NCBI GenBank assembly: GCA_051648545.1
Contig: JBOFFI010000044.1
Coordinates: 5,797-69,796, forward strand
Length of the DNA stretch: 64,000 bases
Reading direction: 5' to 3'
Source: Alphaproteobacteria bacterium
GTDB taxonomy: Bacteria > Pseudomonadota > Alphaproteobacteria > Holosporales > JBOFFI01
Of the stretch, positions 12,486 through 21,866 are shown in pieces. A model generated the notes under the pieces. The model saw only the letters and a list, made by a program, of their open reading frames with translations. It searched no databases and had not been told where the DNA came from. Position 1 is the stretch's first letter, and each line of letters starts with the position of its first letter. The translations under genes were made by a program, and so were the position numbers.

Positions 12486-13019
12486 GTGCATGTTTCGTTT
12501 AATTTAAATAAAATTTTGATTTTTCTCTGGGGTATCAGCCTTTCTAGCATAGGCATTTTTTCTGGTTTTGCTTGCGATTGTGGAGATTCTGATAAAAATT
12601 CTGCCCAAGACGAATCCTCGCAAGATACGTCCCAAACGGAAAGTGTGACTTCTGTAGTAACCGTTGTTTCGCCTTGGGTGCGTCCTTCTTTGAAAGGTCG
12701 CAATGCAGGCGTTTTTATGAAGCTTTTGATCCCTATTCCAAACCAACAAGATAGTTTGATGGGAGGAAGCACACCGATTGCAAAAAATGTTGAACTGCAT
12801 GCTCATGTGAAAGATGATAAAGGGGTTTTCCGGATGCGCCCTGTTGGGGAGATTCAGGTGGAAAAGGAGAGAGTTTTAAAGCCAGGTGATTACCACGTGA
12901 TGTTGATGTCTTTAAACCATGATCTTAAAAGGGGCGATGTGATAGATTTAACGCTGCGTTTTAAAAAATCAGGAGAATTGTTGGTGAAGGTCCCTGTTCA
13001 CGAAAGGGCCCCCCATTGA
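12486..13019 (+). CDS. periplasmic copper chaperone PCu(A)C (DUF461 family), probable lipoprotein
   Basis: 177-aa ORF with a signal-like N-terminus ending GFAC, and family-typical blocks (VELHAHVKDDKGVFRMRPV, KPGDYHVMLMSL, LTLRFKKSG). GTG start. Confidence 0.75.
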   Translation: MHVSFNLNKILIFLWGISLSSIGIFSGFACDCGDSDKNSAQDESSQDTSQTESVTSVVTVVSPWVRPSLKGRNAGVFMKLLIPIPNQQDSLMGGSTPIAKNVELHAHVKDDKGVFRMRPVGEIQVEKERVLKPGDYHVMLMSLNHDLKRGDVIDLTLRFKKSGELLVKVPVHERAPH

Positions 13020-13054
13020 ACAGTTTTCTGGGTTAAGTTCGAATAGGTAAGGGT

Positions 13055-14899
13055 ATGGGTTCTTTTCAGCCAGAGTTTTTGCAAAAGCTTCGTATCCGTG
13101 TCGTGTTGTCCGAGGTTGTTTCGCCTACAGTACGCTTGGCTGGACGCGGAAAAGAGATGCTGGGGCTTTGTCCATTTCATAAAGAAAAAAATCCTTCTTT
13201 TACGTTGAATGACGAAAAAGGAATTTATTATTGTTTTGGTTGCGGTGCCCATGGAGACGCCATTTCCTTTTTGCGCGCAATGCACCATCTGACGTTTGTG
13301 GAGGCGGTTACCCTTCTCGCTGAAAAGACAGGGATCCCCCTAGAATTAAGTGAAACAGGCAATCGCCTTTCTGGAGAATCAGGTTACAAACGGTTGTATC
13401 TCGCTTTGGAGAGGGCGTGCGTTTACTTCGAAGCTCAACTTGCAACATCCCAAGGTGAAAAAGCACGGCTATACCTTCAACACAGGGGCGTGTCTAGCCC
13501 TTCACAGCAAGAATTTAGGTTGGGTTGGGCACCTGCTTTGAATTGTTCGCTCCAAAAACAGCTTCAGCAAGAGGGGTTTTCCACGGATGAATTAGTTCAA
13601 GCAGGGCTTATCGGCATTCCCCAGAGTGGAGGCGGGTTTTACGATCGTTTTAAAGAACGTGTGATGTTCCCGATTATGGATGCCCAGGGGCGGGTTATTG
13701 CATTTGGGGGGCGTTTGTTGGAATCTCATCCAAAAGCGCCGAAATATCTCAACTCACCCGAAACGCCTCTTTTTTTAAAAAAACAATCGGTTTATGGGGC
13801 TTATCAAGCCCAACATTCCCAAGCTTTGAAAGATAAGCCCGTCATCTGGGTTGAAGGCTATATGGATGTTATCAGCCTACAGCAGGCTGGTGTGGGGAAA
13901 GCGCTCGCTCCTTTGGGAACGGCTTTAACAGAGCCGCAAATCGCCAAGGCGTGGAAGATAGATCCAGAGCCCTTTGTGTGCTTTGATGGAGACCTTCCTG
14001 GCCAAAAAGCTGCCTTTCGTTTGCTGGAACGGGTGCTTCCTCTGCTTAAACCTGGTTACTCTCTTCGGTTTATACGTCTCCCAGCAGGGGAAGATCCAGA
14101 TAGTTTACTGGTTACAGATCGCCGAGCCCTTTTGGAGCGCTTAATAAAAACAGCCTCTTGTTTAGTGGATTTTTTATGGCAATATCATGTAGAGACGTTG
14201 TCTTTGCAAACCCCTGAACAAAAGGCTTTTTTCTATAAAACCCTGAAAGCGTTGGTGGGAAGTATTCAAGATCCTCAGGTGAAATCGCTCTACTACCTTT
14301 TTTTGCAAAAAAAATGGGATCAGTTGTTGAAAGAAGAACGAAAGGCGACGTGGAGAAAACCAGTGAATTTTTCTGCAGGCAAGCACGCGTCTTTTTCTCA
14401 AAAAAGCAGCGTCCCTAAACCGTTATTTGATCTTTTGCACCTACAAAGAAAAATTTTACTTGCAGTTCTGATCAATCACCCTCATTTATTAGAGGAGTTT
14501 AATGAATCACTTGTTGCGTTAGATTTGCCGGAACAAAGTAATTTTTCTTGTTTGCGAGATGCTTTGTTGGAATGGTCTGCTGAGGAAGGAACTGTTGTTT
14601 CTCAAGAAAATGCATCTAATTTTTTGAAAAATGCACTGGTTGAGAAAGGTTTGGCAGAAGTTATGCACCGTATTTTAACGTCAGATGTGTATGTGCATGC
14701 TTCTTTCTCAAAGCCAGAAGCTTTATTGGAGCAAGCGAGGGCAGGGTGGTATGATGTGCTCACCCATTACCAAAAACAAAGTAGTTTTAAGAAAGAATTG
14801 AAAGAAACTCAAGATATTTTAGAAAGCAGCATGTCCGAGGATGCTTGGAAGCGTTTGAGAAGTTTGAAAGAATCTTCTTTTTTTAAGATGGATTCGTGA
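13055..14899 (+). CDS. dnaG: DNA primase
   Basis: CHC2 zinc finger (CPFHKEKNPSFTLNDEKGIYYCFGCGAHGD) and a TOPRIM region (VEGYMDVISL). Lies upstream of rpoD. Confidence 0.93.
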   Translation: MGSFQPEFLQKLRIRVVLSEVVSPTVRLAGRGKEMLGLCPFHKEKNPSFTLNDEKGIYYCFGCGAHGDAISFLRAMHHLTFVEAVTLLAEKTGIPLELSETGNRLSGESGYKRLYLALERACVYFEAQLATSQGEKARLYLQHRGVSSPSQQEFRLGWAPALNCSLQKQLQQEGFSTDELVQAGLIGIPQSGGGFYDRFKERVMFPIMDAQGRVIAFGGRLLESHPKAPKYLNSPETPLFLKKQSVYGAYQAQHSQALKDKPVIWVEGYMDVISLQQAGVGKALAPLGTALTEPQIAKAWKIDPEPFVCFDGDLPGQKAAFRLLERVLPLLKPGYSLRFIRLPAGEDPDSLLVTDRRALLERLIKTASCLVDFLWQYHVETLSLQTPEQKAFFYKTLKALVGSIQDPQVKSLYYLFLQKKWDQLLKEERKATWRKPVNFSAGKHASFSQKSSVPKPLFDLLHLQRKILLAVLINHPHLLEEFNESLVALDLPEQSNFSCLRDALLEWSAEEGTVVSQENASNFLKNALVEKGLAEVMHRILTSDVYVHASFSKPEALLEQARAGWYDVLTHYQKQSSFKKELKETQDILESSMSEDAWKRLRSLKESSFFKMDS

Positions 14900-14962
14900 G
14901 AAAAAATTTCCAAATCATTAAAACATTTATGTTGAAGTAGTTAAAGGAAGAGAGTAACAAAA

Positions 14963-16903
14963 ATGGCGACGAAGCCGGTGACAGACGAAAAAGATTTGTT
15001 TGAAGAAACTTCCGAAGTTGCATTGCTTGATAAGGCAAATTCGGTTAAGCGATTAATTGTTAAGGGTAAAGAGCGTGGCTTTATCACCTATGACGAACTT
15101 AACCGAATTTTGCCATCAGACCAGGTTTCTTCCGAACAGATAGAAGACGTGATGGCTTCTCTTTCGGAAATGGGAATTTCCCTTGTTGAGGGAGAAGACG
15201 ATTTCCAAGAGGAAGAAGAAGTTGTTGCCCAACCAGAAGAGGATGAAGAAGGGGAGAAGCCGGGGGCCCAGCTAGAAGCCTCTCGGACAGATGATCCAGT
15301 TCGTCTCTATTTGCGAGAAATGGGCTCAGTGAGCTTGTTGACCCGTGAAGGAGAGATTGACATTGCGAAACGGATCGAAGCAGGTCGGGAAATGGTTATT
15401 GGAGCTATCTGCGAAAGCCCCTTGACCATGAAAGCTCTTATCGCTTGGGGAGATGCCCTTCAAGAGGGTAAAATCCTTTTGCGGGACATTATAGACCTTG
15501 AAACAACCTATGAAGGGGATGGGGACGCGTCTGAAGAAGAGCTTGAAGATATTGAAGAAGAAGCGGAAGAGAAAGATCCACCTGAAGAGGGAAGCGTTAC
15601 GACAGAAGCAACAGATGCAACAGAAGAAGACGTGTTAACTGTTTCCCTTAATAGCATGGAAGCATCCCTTATGCCGGGCGTCTTGGAGAAATTTGAACAA
15701 ATTTCTTCTACCTATGAGAAGCTGAGAAAAACTCAGGATAAGCGCTTAGAGGCATTGCGGAAGGGGAAATCTAATTCCTCCTCCCTTGAGAAAGAATATG
15801 AAGGTCACCGTCAACAGTTGATTGAGTTGATGAAAGGTGTTCATCTAAATCCCCTTCGTATTGATGAGCTTGTGGAACAGTTGTATGGTTTTAACCGCCG
15901 GCTTATCAGCTTGGAGGGTCGATTGTTACGTTTGGCTGAATCTTCGGGGATCAGCCGGGCACATTTTCTCGAAAATTATTATGGGCAAGAGCTGGACCAC
16001 AATTGGTTTTCAACCATAGAAGCGCTTCCCCCAAAAGGTTGGAAAAGCTTTTTAGAACGTCACCGTGATGAAGCAGCAGTTATTCGCCAAGATATTTCTC
16101 AGATCCCCACAGAATTTGGGTTGCATTTGAATGAATTTCGTCGGATTGTTTCCACCGTTCAAAAAGGGGAGCGAGATGCGACCCGTGCAAAAAAAGAAAT
16201 GATTGAAGCTAATTTGCGTTTGGTGATCTCTATTGCAAAAAAATATACGAATAGAGGGCTTCAATTTTTAGACCTGATTCAAGAGGGAAACATCGGCTTA
16301 ATGAAAGCGGTTGAAAAATTTGAATACCAGCGGGGCTATAAATTTTCAACCTATGCAACCTGGTGGATTCGTCAAGCTATTACACGCTCTATTGCAGACC
16401 AAGCACGAACGATCCGCATTCCTGTTCACATGATAGAAACCATCAATAAATTGGTGCGGATGTCGCGGCAGATTCTTCATGAAATTGGACGGGAACCTAA
16501 TCCAGAAGAGCTGGCAGAGCGCCTGATGATGCCTTTGGATAAAGTCAAAAAAGTTTTAAAAATTGCAAAAGAGCCCATCAGCCTTGAAACCCCTATTGGA
16601 GACGAGGAAGACAGCCATTTGGGTGATTTCATTGAAGATAAAAATGTTGTGGCGCCGGTGGATGCCGCTATTCAGAGCAATTTGAAAGACACAACCACCC
16701 GGGTGCTCTCCAGTCTTACAGCAAGGGAAGAGCGTGTTTTAAGGATGCGCTTTGGAATTGGTACAAATGAACATACACTAGAAGAAGTAGGGCAGCAATT
16801 TAACGTGACCCGTGAGCGGATCCGTCAAATTGAAGCAAAAGCGATTCGAAAGCTGAGGCACCCAAGCCGCTCAAGAAGGCTTAGAAGCTTCTTAGACACC
16901 TAA
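14963..16903 (+). CDS. rpoD: RNA polymerase sigma factor RpoD (sigma-70)
   Basis: Acidic region 1, then region 2 ([40 protein letters not shown]; [27 protein letters not shown]) and region 4 ([28 protein letters not shown]). Confidence 0.95.
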   Translation: MATKPVTDEKDLFEETSEVALLDKANSVKRLIVKGKERGFITYDELNRILPSDQVSSEQIEDVMASLSEMGISLVEGEDDFQEEEEVVAQPEEDEEGEKPGAQLEASRTDDPVRLYLREMGSVSLLTREGEIDIAKRIEAGREMVIGAICESPLTMKALIAWGDALQEGKILLRDIIDLETTYEGDGDASEEELEDIEEEAEEKDPPEEGSVTTEATDATEEDVLTVSLNSMEASLMPGVLEKFEQISSTYEKLRKTQDKRLEALRKGKSNSSSLEKEYEGHRQQLIELMKGVHLNPLRIDELVEQLYGFNRRLISLEGRLLRLAESSGISRAHFLENYYGQELDHNWFSTIEALPPKGWKSFLERHRDEAAVIRQDISQIPTEFGLHLNEFRRIVSTVQKGERDATRAKKEMIEANLRLVISIAKKYTNRGLQFLDLIQEGNIGLMKAVEKFEYQRGYKFSTYATWWIRQAITRSIADQARTIRIPVHMIETINKLVRMSRQILHEIGREPNPEELAERLMMPLDKVKKVLKIAKEPISLETPIGDEEDSHLGDFIEDKNVVAPVDAAIQSNLKDTTTRVLSSLTAREERVLRMRFGIGTNEHTLEEVGQQFNVTRERIRQIEAKAIRKLRHPSRSRRLRSFLDT

Positions 16904-17023
16904 TGGAATAGCCAAGCGTTAATAGAGAGGAAATTTATTCAGATATTTCTTCCCTTTTGTGGAAAATCATCGTATAAGTTGTGCTTGCAACCAGTCGATT
17001 AAATAGTGTTTAGATAGGTGATT

Positions 17024-17449
17024 ATGATGCCAATTGAGAGAACTTTATCCATTATCAAGCCAGATGCAACACGTCGCAATTTGACGGGGATCATCAACAG
17101 CCGGTTTGAGCAAGCAGGTCTGCGCATTGTTGCCCAGAAGCGTCTTCAATTTTCCCTTCAACAGGTTGAGAGATTTTACGCCGTTCATGCGGAGCGTTCA
17201 TTTTTTCAATCTCTATGTGAAATGATGGCTTCGGGTCCTGTCGTGGTTCAGGTTTTAGAAGGTGAAAATGCTATTCAGCGTAACCGTGAAATTATGGGTG
17301 CAACCAACCCTGCAAACGCTGCAGACGGAACGATCCGAAAGCTGTTTGGCGAATCCATTGAGCACAATTCTGTTCATGGTTCAGATAGCTCCGAAACGGC
17401 AGCCGAAGAGATCCATTTTTTCTTTTCTGAAATTGAGATTATTGGTTGA
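17024..17449 (+). CDS. ndk: nucleoside-diphosphate kinase
   Basis: [20 protein letters not shown] and NSVHGSDS motifs. Start is ambiguous among GTG 17018, ATG 17024 and ATG 17027. Confidence 0.93.
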   Translation: MMPIERTLSIIKPDATRRNLTGIINSRFEQAGLRIVAQKRLQFSLQQVERFYAVHAERSFFQSLCEMMASGPVVVQVLEGENAIQRNREIMGATNPANAADGTIRKLFGESIEHNSVHGSDSSETAAEEIHFFFSEIEIIG

Positions 17450-17558
17450 GTCTTTTTACCGTATATTGGCTCTGGTTTCAGCAAAAATAGTGTTTAGGGG
17501 CATGCGGGGGGCTTAAAGAAGTCTCTATTTTATATGCCCCTTTATTTGCAGCTTTTCC

Positions 17559-17945
17559 ATGCAATCGACAAAACCATTAACAGAAAAAGAGTTAAGAGCA
17601 CTAATAGATCCAAAAGAAGAGGAAATTGAGCTAAACCTTCAACATAGAAAATTAAAAAAATCCCAAGAAAAGCCAGCTGTATCTCAACTCTCTCTTCATC
17701 AGCGTAACCGCACTTCTCAAGAAGCTTTGGAGCCTACAGACCCAGGCATAAAAAGGGAGGAAAGAGCCATACTTAATTTTGGGCTTAATCTTCCAACCGA
17801 TGGGCCTGAAAACGAAGCAAATTATACTATGGTTCTTGAGGTGTTTAAATTTTTTGAAGCTTTGGGACCAAGAGGTCAAGAACGGGCTCAACAAATTCGA
17901 GATAAATTAAGAGAGGATCTTTATTCATCTTTTGGGAAATCTTAG
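17559..17945 (+). CDS. hypothetical protein (charged, no signal peptide recognised)
   Basis: 128-aa ORF in an otherwise empty interval. I recognised no family. Confidence 0.4.
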   Translation: MQSTKPLTEKELRALIDPKEEEIELNLQHRKLKKSQEKPAVSQLSLHQRNRTSQEALEPTDPGIKREERAILNFGLNLPTDGPENEANYTMVLEVFKFFEALGPRGQERAQQIRDKLREDLYSSFGKS

Positions 17946-17950
17946 GATTT

Positions 17951-18553
17951 CTATTTTTGTGGAGGTGAAAAAAAGGCTACACAAAATTTGTCCAGCAAAT
18001 TTTTAGAGGGCATGTGATTTCCCTTGCATAATCCGCGTCCTAGGGTGAGGATTTGAGATACGATCCAATCGCCTGCTTCAACTCCCGTGGAAGCGCCCGC
18101 GACGCCCCCCCCCACAGCTGCGACACCCCCAACAGTAACGCCACCGATAACTGCGCCTACTGTGTTTCCAACACCTGGAACAACAGTCCCAATTGCCCCT
18201 CCTACGCCAGCACCTATTGCCGCACCGTCGGCGCCACTGATGCCGCCTCCAATAATAGCTCCTCCAACACCACCTGCAATTTTACCTGCATCGATAATAC
18301 ACAACTTTGGATTTTTAACGGCAAGACATTTAGGAACGTTGATTTTGATGCCAGGGCCAGGGCATTCACGGCAAAGATTTTGCGCTTCTAAACAATGACA
18401 TGCTAAACCTGGCACACATATGGTTGCGCAAAAAATTTTGTTGACGATATCGTCAAGGATCGTTGCATTGGCTGAATTGAAAGATAGCAAAGAGCCAACA
18501 AGTAGGAATTTACAAGCACATGATGCCGTGTAAGTGAATGAAGGTTGGGACAT
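17951..18553 (-). CDS. secreted Cys-rich protein with an extended glycine-zipper segment
   Basis: 200-aa ORF. It has a signal-like N-terminus (..LLVGSLLSFNSANA), a Cys-rich block (CATICVPGLACHCLEAQNLCRECPGPG..KC..LC), then about 80 aa of GxxxG-type repeats (GGVGGAIIGGGISGADGAAIGAGVGGAIGTVVPGVGNTVGAVIGGVTVGGVAAVGGGVAGASTG). Confidence 0.6.
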   Translation of the reverse strand: MSQPSFTYTASCACKFLLVGSLLSFNSANATILDDIVNKIFCATICVPGLACHCLEAQNLCRECPGPGIKINVPKCLAVKNPKLCIIDAGKIAGGVGGAIIGGGISGADGAAIGAGVGGAIGTVVPGVGNTVGAVIGGVTVGGVAAVGGGVAGASTGVEAGDWIVSQILTLGRGLCKGNHMPSKNLLDKFCVAFFSPPQK

Positions 18554-18655
18554 GGGTGTAAACTTCCCCCTTTTTTGAAGCTTTAACCCATTGTAAAAGA
18601 AAAGAAATTAAAAACTGTTTAAAATCAAAGGATAAGGAGAGCGATGCGAACCTAC

Positions 18656-18877
18656 TTAAGAAAGGGGGGTTATGTTTAAATTTCGCTCAATAATCCATGC
18701 TGCTTGGATGGCTTCCAGGATACGTTCATTGGAGCGTGCAGGATCGTCAGAAAAATCAGGAAGCTGCTGAACCCATCCCCAAAGGTCTGTAAAACGTAAA
18801 CTCATCAAATCCACTCCTGGATGGGCCTCTTCCAGGAGTTCTGCAATTTCTTCAATATCAGTCCATTTTAAAGACAT
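18656..18877 (-). CDS. iscX: Fe-S cluster assembly protein IscX
   Basis: 73-aa acidic ORF (KWTDIEEIAELLEEAHP..RFTDLWGWVQQLPDFSDDPARSNERILEAIQAAW) resembling YfhJ/IscX. It lies directly downstream of fdx. Confidence 0.8.
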   Translation of the reverse strand: MSLKWTDIEEIAELLEEAHPGVDLMSLRFTDLWGWVQQLPDFSDDPARSNERILEAIQAAWIIERNLNITPLS

Positions 18878-18884
18878 AGGAGGC

Positions 18885-19217
18885 TCACCCCACCATCATG
18901 TTGCGTGTGGCAGATGGCAGAGAAACAACCAAGCCATCTAGTTCAGGAGAAATGATGATCTGACAGCCAAGCCTGGACGTTTGGGTTAAACCAAAGGCAA
19001 GGTCTAGCATGTCGTCTTCATCTTCTGAGGCTTCTCCCAACAGTTCATACCACTCAGGGCTGACCACCACGTGGCATGTTGAGCACGCAAGGGACCCCTC
19101 ACAAGCGCCTTCCAGATCAATTTTATTCTGATGGGCAATCTCTAGAACCGAAAGCCCGACAGGCGCTTCAACTTCAAGGCGAGACCCGTCTTTATGAATG
19201 AATGTCATCTTCGGCAT
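18885..19217 (-). CDS. fdx: ISC-type [2Fe-2S] ferredoxin (adrenodoxin-like)
   Basis: Cys ligand pattern [12 protein letters not shown] ... RLGCQI. ATG 19217 ([11 protein letters not shown], with GAAGGA upstream) is preferred over the 19322 extension. Confidence 0.85.
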   Translation of the reverse strand: MPKMTFIHKDGSRLEVEAPVGLSVLEIAHQNKIDLEGACEGSLACSTCHVVVSPEWYELLGEASEDEDDMLDLAFGLTQTSRLGCQIIISPELDGLVVSLPSATRNMMVG

Positions 19218-19358
19218 ATACGGTTCCTTCTCGGCATCATAAATCTTAAAAAACATAAAGTGTTCAACACCCCCATTATTTCCCACGTCTTCATTCCTAG
19301 CAAAGTTTTTTTTACTGAGCAAACTTTTTTTTAAATATTTTTAAGCGAACCTATAGAC

Positions 19359-19976
19359 ATGAAAAAACATATAGCTTCAGGTTTTGTTGCATTATTAAGC
19401 ATTGGGTTTGCTGGTTGCTCTTTGTTGCCAGATGCGCCAGCGCCTGCACAGCGGATTTTAATAGATCCAGAGCCACTTTCAACGCCTTTGCCTGCTAAGG
19501 GGAAAAAGAGGACGATGTGGGTGTGGGTGGAGGACCCCCAAACAGAAAGCTTTTTAGAAACGTCTAAAGTTCTCTTAAGGCCCACGCCTCATACCCTTGG
19601 ATCTTATGAGGGGATTGTTTGGGCGTCTCCACCTGGGACTATGTTGAAAAAAGCTTTGGTCAAGTCCCTCGTGGCTTTAAATGGGTTTGCGGGTGTTACA
19701 GAAACCTTTCAAAACACAAGCCTGCCTTTAGCAAAGGTTTCTGTAATTTTAGATGGGTTTTGGATTGATTACACCCTGGGAGGCGGGGGGCAAGCACGTA
19801 TCAAAGGAACCCTTCGCCTGGAACAGGACTTTTCTAGCGCCACAAGCAAACAGATCGTGAAAATTTTCGACATTAAAGTTCCCGTCCGTGGATCAGGCAA
19901 ACAGGCTATTTTTCAAGCCATTGAAGAAGCGGTTAAGCAATGGTCCCAAAACGCTGCAAAATGGATTTACAATTAA
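19359..19976 (+). CDS. ABC-type transport auxiliary lipoprotein family protein (PqiC/YmbA-like)
   Basis: Lipobox signal (LLSIGFAGC). The overall pattern resembles the DUF330/ABC_trans_aux family. The call is from memory of that family pattern only. Confidence 0.55.
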   Translation: MKKHIASGFVALLSIGFAGCSLLPDAPAPAQRILIDPEPLSTPLPAKGKKRTMWVWVEDPQTESFLETSKVLLRPTPHTLGSYEGIVWASPPGTMLKKALVKSLVALNGFAGVTETFQNTSLPLAKVSVILDGFWIDYTLGGGGQARIKGTLRLEQDFSSATSKQIVKIFDIKVPVRGSGKQAIFQAIEEAVKQWSQNAAKWIYN

Positions 19977-19996
19977 AACCATCCAAACAAAAAAGG

Positions 19997-21826
19997 CTAC
20001 TCAACGGTCACAGATTTAGCCAAATTGCGAGGCTGATCCACATCTGTTCCCAAGCGAAGGGCTGTATAGTAAGCCAAAAGCTGAAGGGGGATGGCATAAA
20101 GCAAAGGCATGGTAAAGCTGGAGGTTTCGGGAAGAATGTAAAAGCTGGCAGAAAGGTGCTTAAGCTTTTCCTTCCCTTTTTCATCGGTCAGGATGATCAA
20201 CCTCCCTTTGCGGGCTGCAACTTCTTGAATGTTGGAAGCGGTCTTATCAAAATAGCCATCGTGGGGGGCCACCACCACCACCGGGACCTGCTCATCAATC
20301 AGGGCAATGGGGCCATGCTTCATTTCCCCCGCAGGGTAAGCTTCTGCATGGATGTAAGAAATTTCTTTAAGCTTGAGGGCGCCTTCCAGAGCCAAGGGGA
20401 AGGCTGTGCCTCGCCCCAGGTATAAAACCGTTTGGGCTTGGGCAAGGATGGTGGCGATCTCTTGGAGCGGAGCGAGATTCCCTAAAAGCGGCAACATCTG
20501 AGCAGGCAAGGCTTCCAGAGCATCAAGGTGGGCTTGTAAGTCTTGGGGAGAAAGTGTTTTTCGCCCTTCCGCGGTTTTCAAACACAAAAGCGCCAGCACC
20601 ATCAACTGACTTGTAAACGCCTTTGTCGAGGCAACGCCAATTTCAGGCCCTGCTTGGGTGTACAAGCTGATGTTGGCAGCTCTGTCAATGGAGCTGGAGG
20701 GAACGTTTACCAAAGCAAGCACCTGCTGCCCTTGGCTTTGGGCATATTCGAGGGCGCCCAGGGTGTCTGTCGTCTCTCCGGATTGGGACACAACGCAGGT
20801 CACGCCGCCTTCTGGGAGGGGAGGGCAGCGATAGCGAAATTCAGACGCAACGTCCAGATCAACCGAAAGGCGCCCATGGGTTTCAAACCAATATTTTGCG
20901 ATGAATCCAGCATAAAAAGCCGTCCCGCAGGCGGTGAGGGTGAGGCGAGAAAGGGCTGCAGCATCCCAAGGAAACTTTGGGAAGCGCCACTGTCGGTTGG
21001 GAGCAACAAATTCCCGATAAACACGGTCCACCACGTGGGGTTGCTCATGGATCTCCTTCAACATGAAATGGGGATAATTTTGGCGTGTAATCGTGCTTGG
21101 CTGAATGGGGTTGGAAATAAAGACGCGGTTGGCAGGCTCACCTTCCAGGGTATAAAGCTTAACGCAGCCTGGCGTCAACACCCCCCAATCGCCATCTTCC
21201 AGATAAGCAAGCTGGTCTGCAAGCCCCGCAAGGGCGATGGCATCTGAGCCAGCATAAACGGATTTTTCTTCTGACGAAATACCAACGGCAAGGGGGCTTT
21301 TTCCACGCCGTCCCACCATCATCAAATCAGGGAAGCCTTGGCAGAAGATGGCCAGGGCAAAAGCGCCCTCGAGTTGGGGGAAAACGATGGCAGCTGCTTG
21401 TTGAGGGGTTTTCCCTGCCATGAGCTCCCGGGAAAAAAGATGAACCACTACCTCGGTGTCTGTTTCGCTCTCAAACACGACGCCTTCTTGAAGCAACCCG
21501 TCTTTTAATGGCTGAAAATTTTCGATGATGCCATTGTGGACAACAGCCACCCTGCCATCGCTGTGGGGGTGGGCATTGGCTTCAGAGGGAACGCCGTGGG
21601 TTGCCCAGCGCGTGTGTCCCATGCCGAGGCTTCCGGAAAGGGGCTGCCGTTTGACCTCCTCTGCAAGCTTGGTGAACTTGCCTACGCTGCGGCGTCGTTG
21701 GATTTGCCCCTCCTGAAGGGTTGCAATACCCATAGAATCATAGCCACGGTATTCCAGCCGTTGAAGTGCCTCCATCAAAAGGGGCACGGCGTTTTCCTCG
21801 CTTACAATTCCAATAATGCCACACAT
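19997..21826 (-). CDS. glmS: glutamine--fructose-6-phosphate aminotransferase
   Basis: Starts MCGIIGIV (the catalytic Cys after Met) with GGAGGA upstream, and ends in the canonical ..NLAKSVTVE. The upstream 53-codon extension in the ORF track is rejected. Confidence 0.95.
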   Translation of the reverse strand: MCGIIGIVSEENAVPLLMEALQRLEYRGYDSMGIATLQEGQIQRRRSVGKFTKLAEEVKRQPLSGSLGMGHTRWATHGVPSEANAHPHSDGRVAVVHNGIIENFQPLKDGLLQEGVVFESETDTEVVVHLFSRELMAGKTPQQAAAIVFPQLEGAFALAIFCQGFPDLMMVGRRGKSPLAVGISSEEKSVYAGSDAIALAGLADQLAYLEDGDWGVLTPGCVKLYTLEGEPANRVFISNPIQPSTITRQNYPHFMLKEIHEQPHVVDRVYREFVAPNRQWRFPKFPWDAAALSRLTLTACGTAFYAGFIAKYWFETHGRLSVDLDVASEFRYRCPPLPEGGVTCVVSQSGETTDTLGALEYAQSQGQQVLALVNVPSSSIDRAANISLYTQAGPEIGVASTKAFTSQLMVLALLCLKTAEGRKTLSPQDLQAHLDALEALPAQMLPLLGNLAPLQEIATILAQAQTVLYLGRGTAFPLALEGALKLKEISYIHAEAYPAGEMKHGPIALIDEQVPVVVVAPHDGYFDKTASNIQEVAARKGRLIILTDEKGKEKLKHLSASFYILPETSSFTMPLLYAIPLQLLAYYTALRLGTDVDQPRNLAKSVTVE

Positions 21827-21866
21827 CCACGTTCCTCCGCTTGAACTCTGATTTTTAAAAAACCCT

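Noticed and set aside
18053-18398. Pro/Thr/Ala-rich ORFs (112 and 103 aa) on the plus strand.
   Set aside because: They are the mirror image of the Gly-rich coding segment on the minus strand (GGN codons read as NCC). The minus-strand ORF is longer and has a signal peptide and a sensible start.
20543-21247. 234-aa ORF antisense to glmS.
   Set aside because: It is a shadow ORF within glmS with no recognisable domain.
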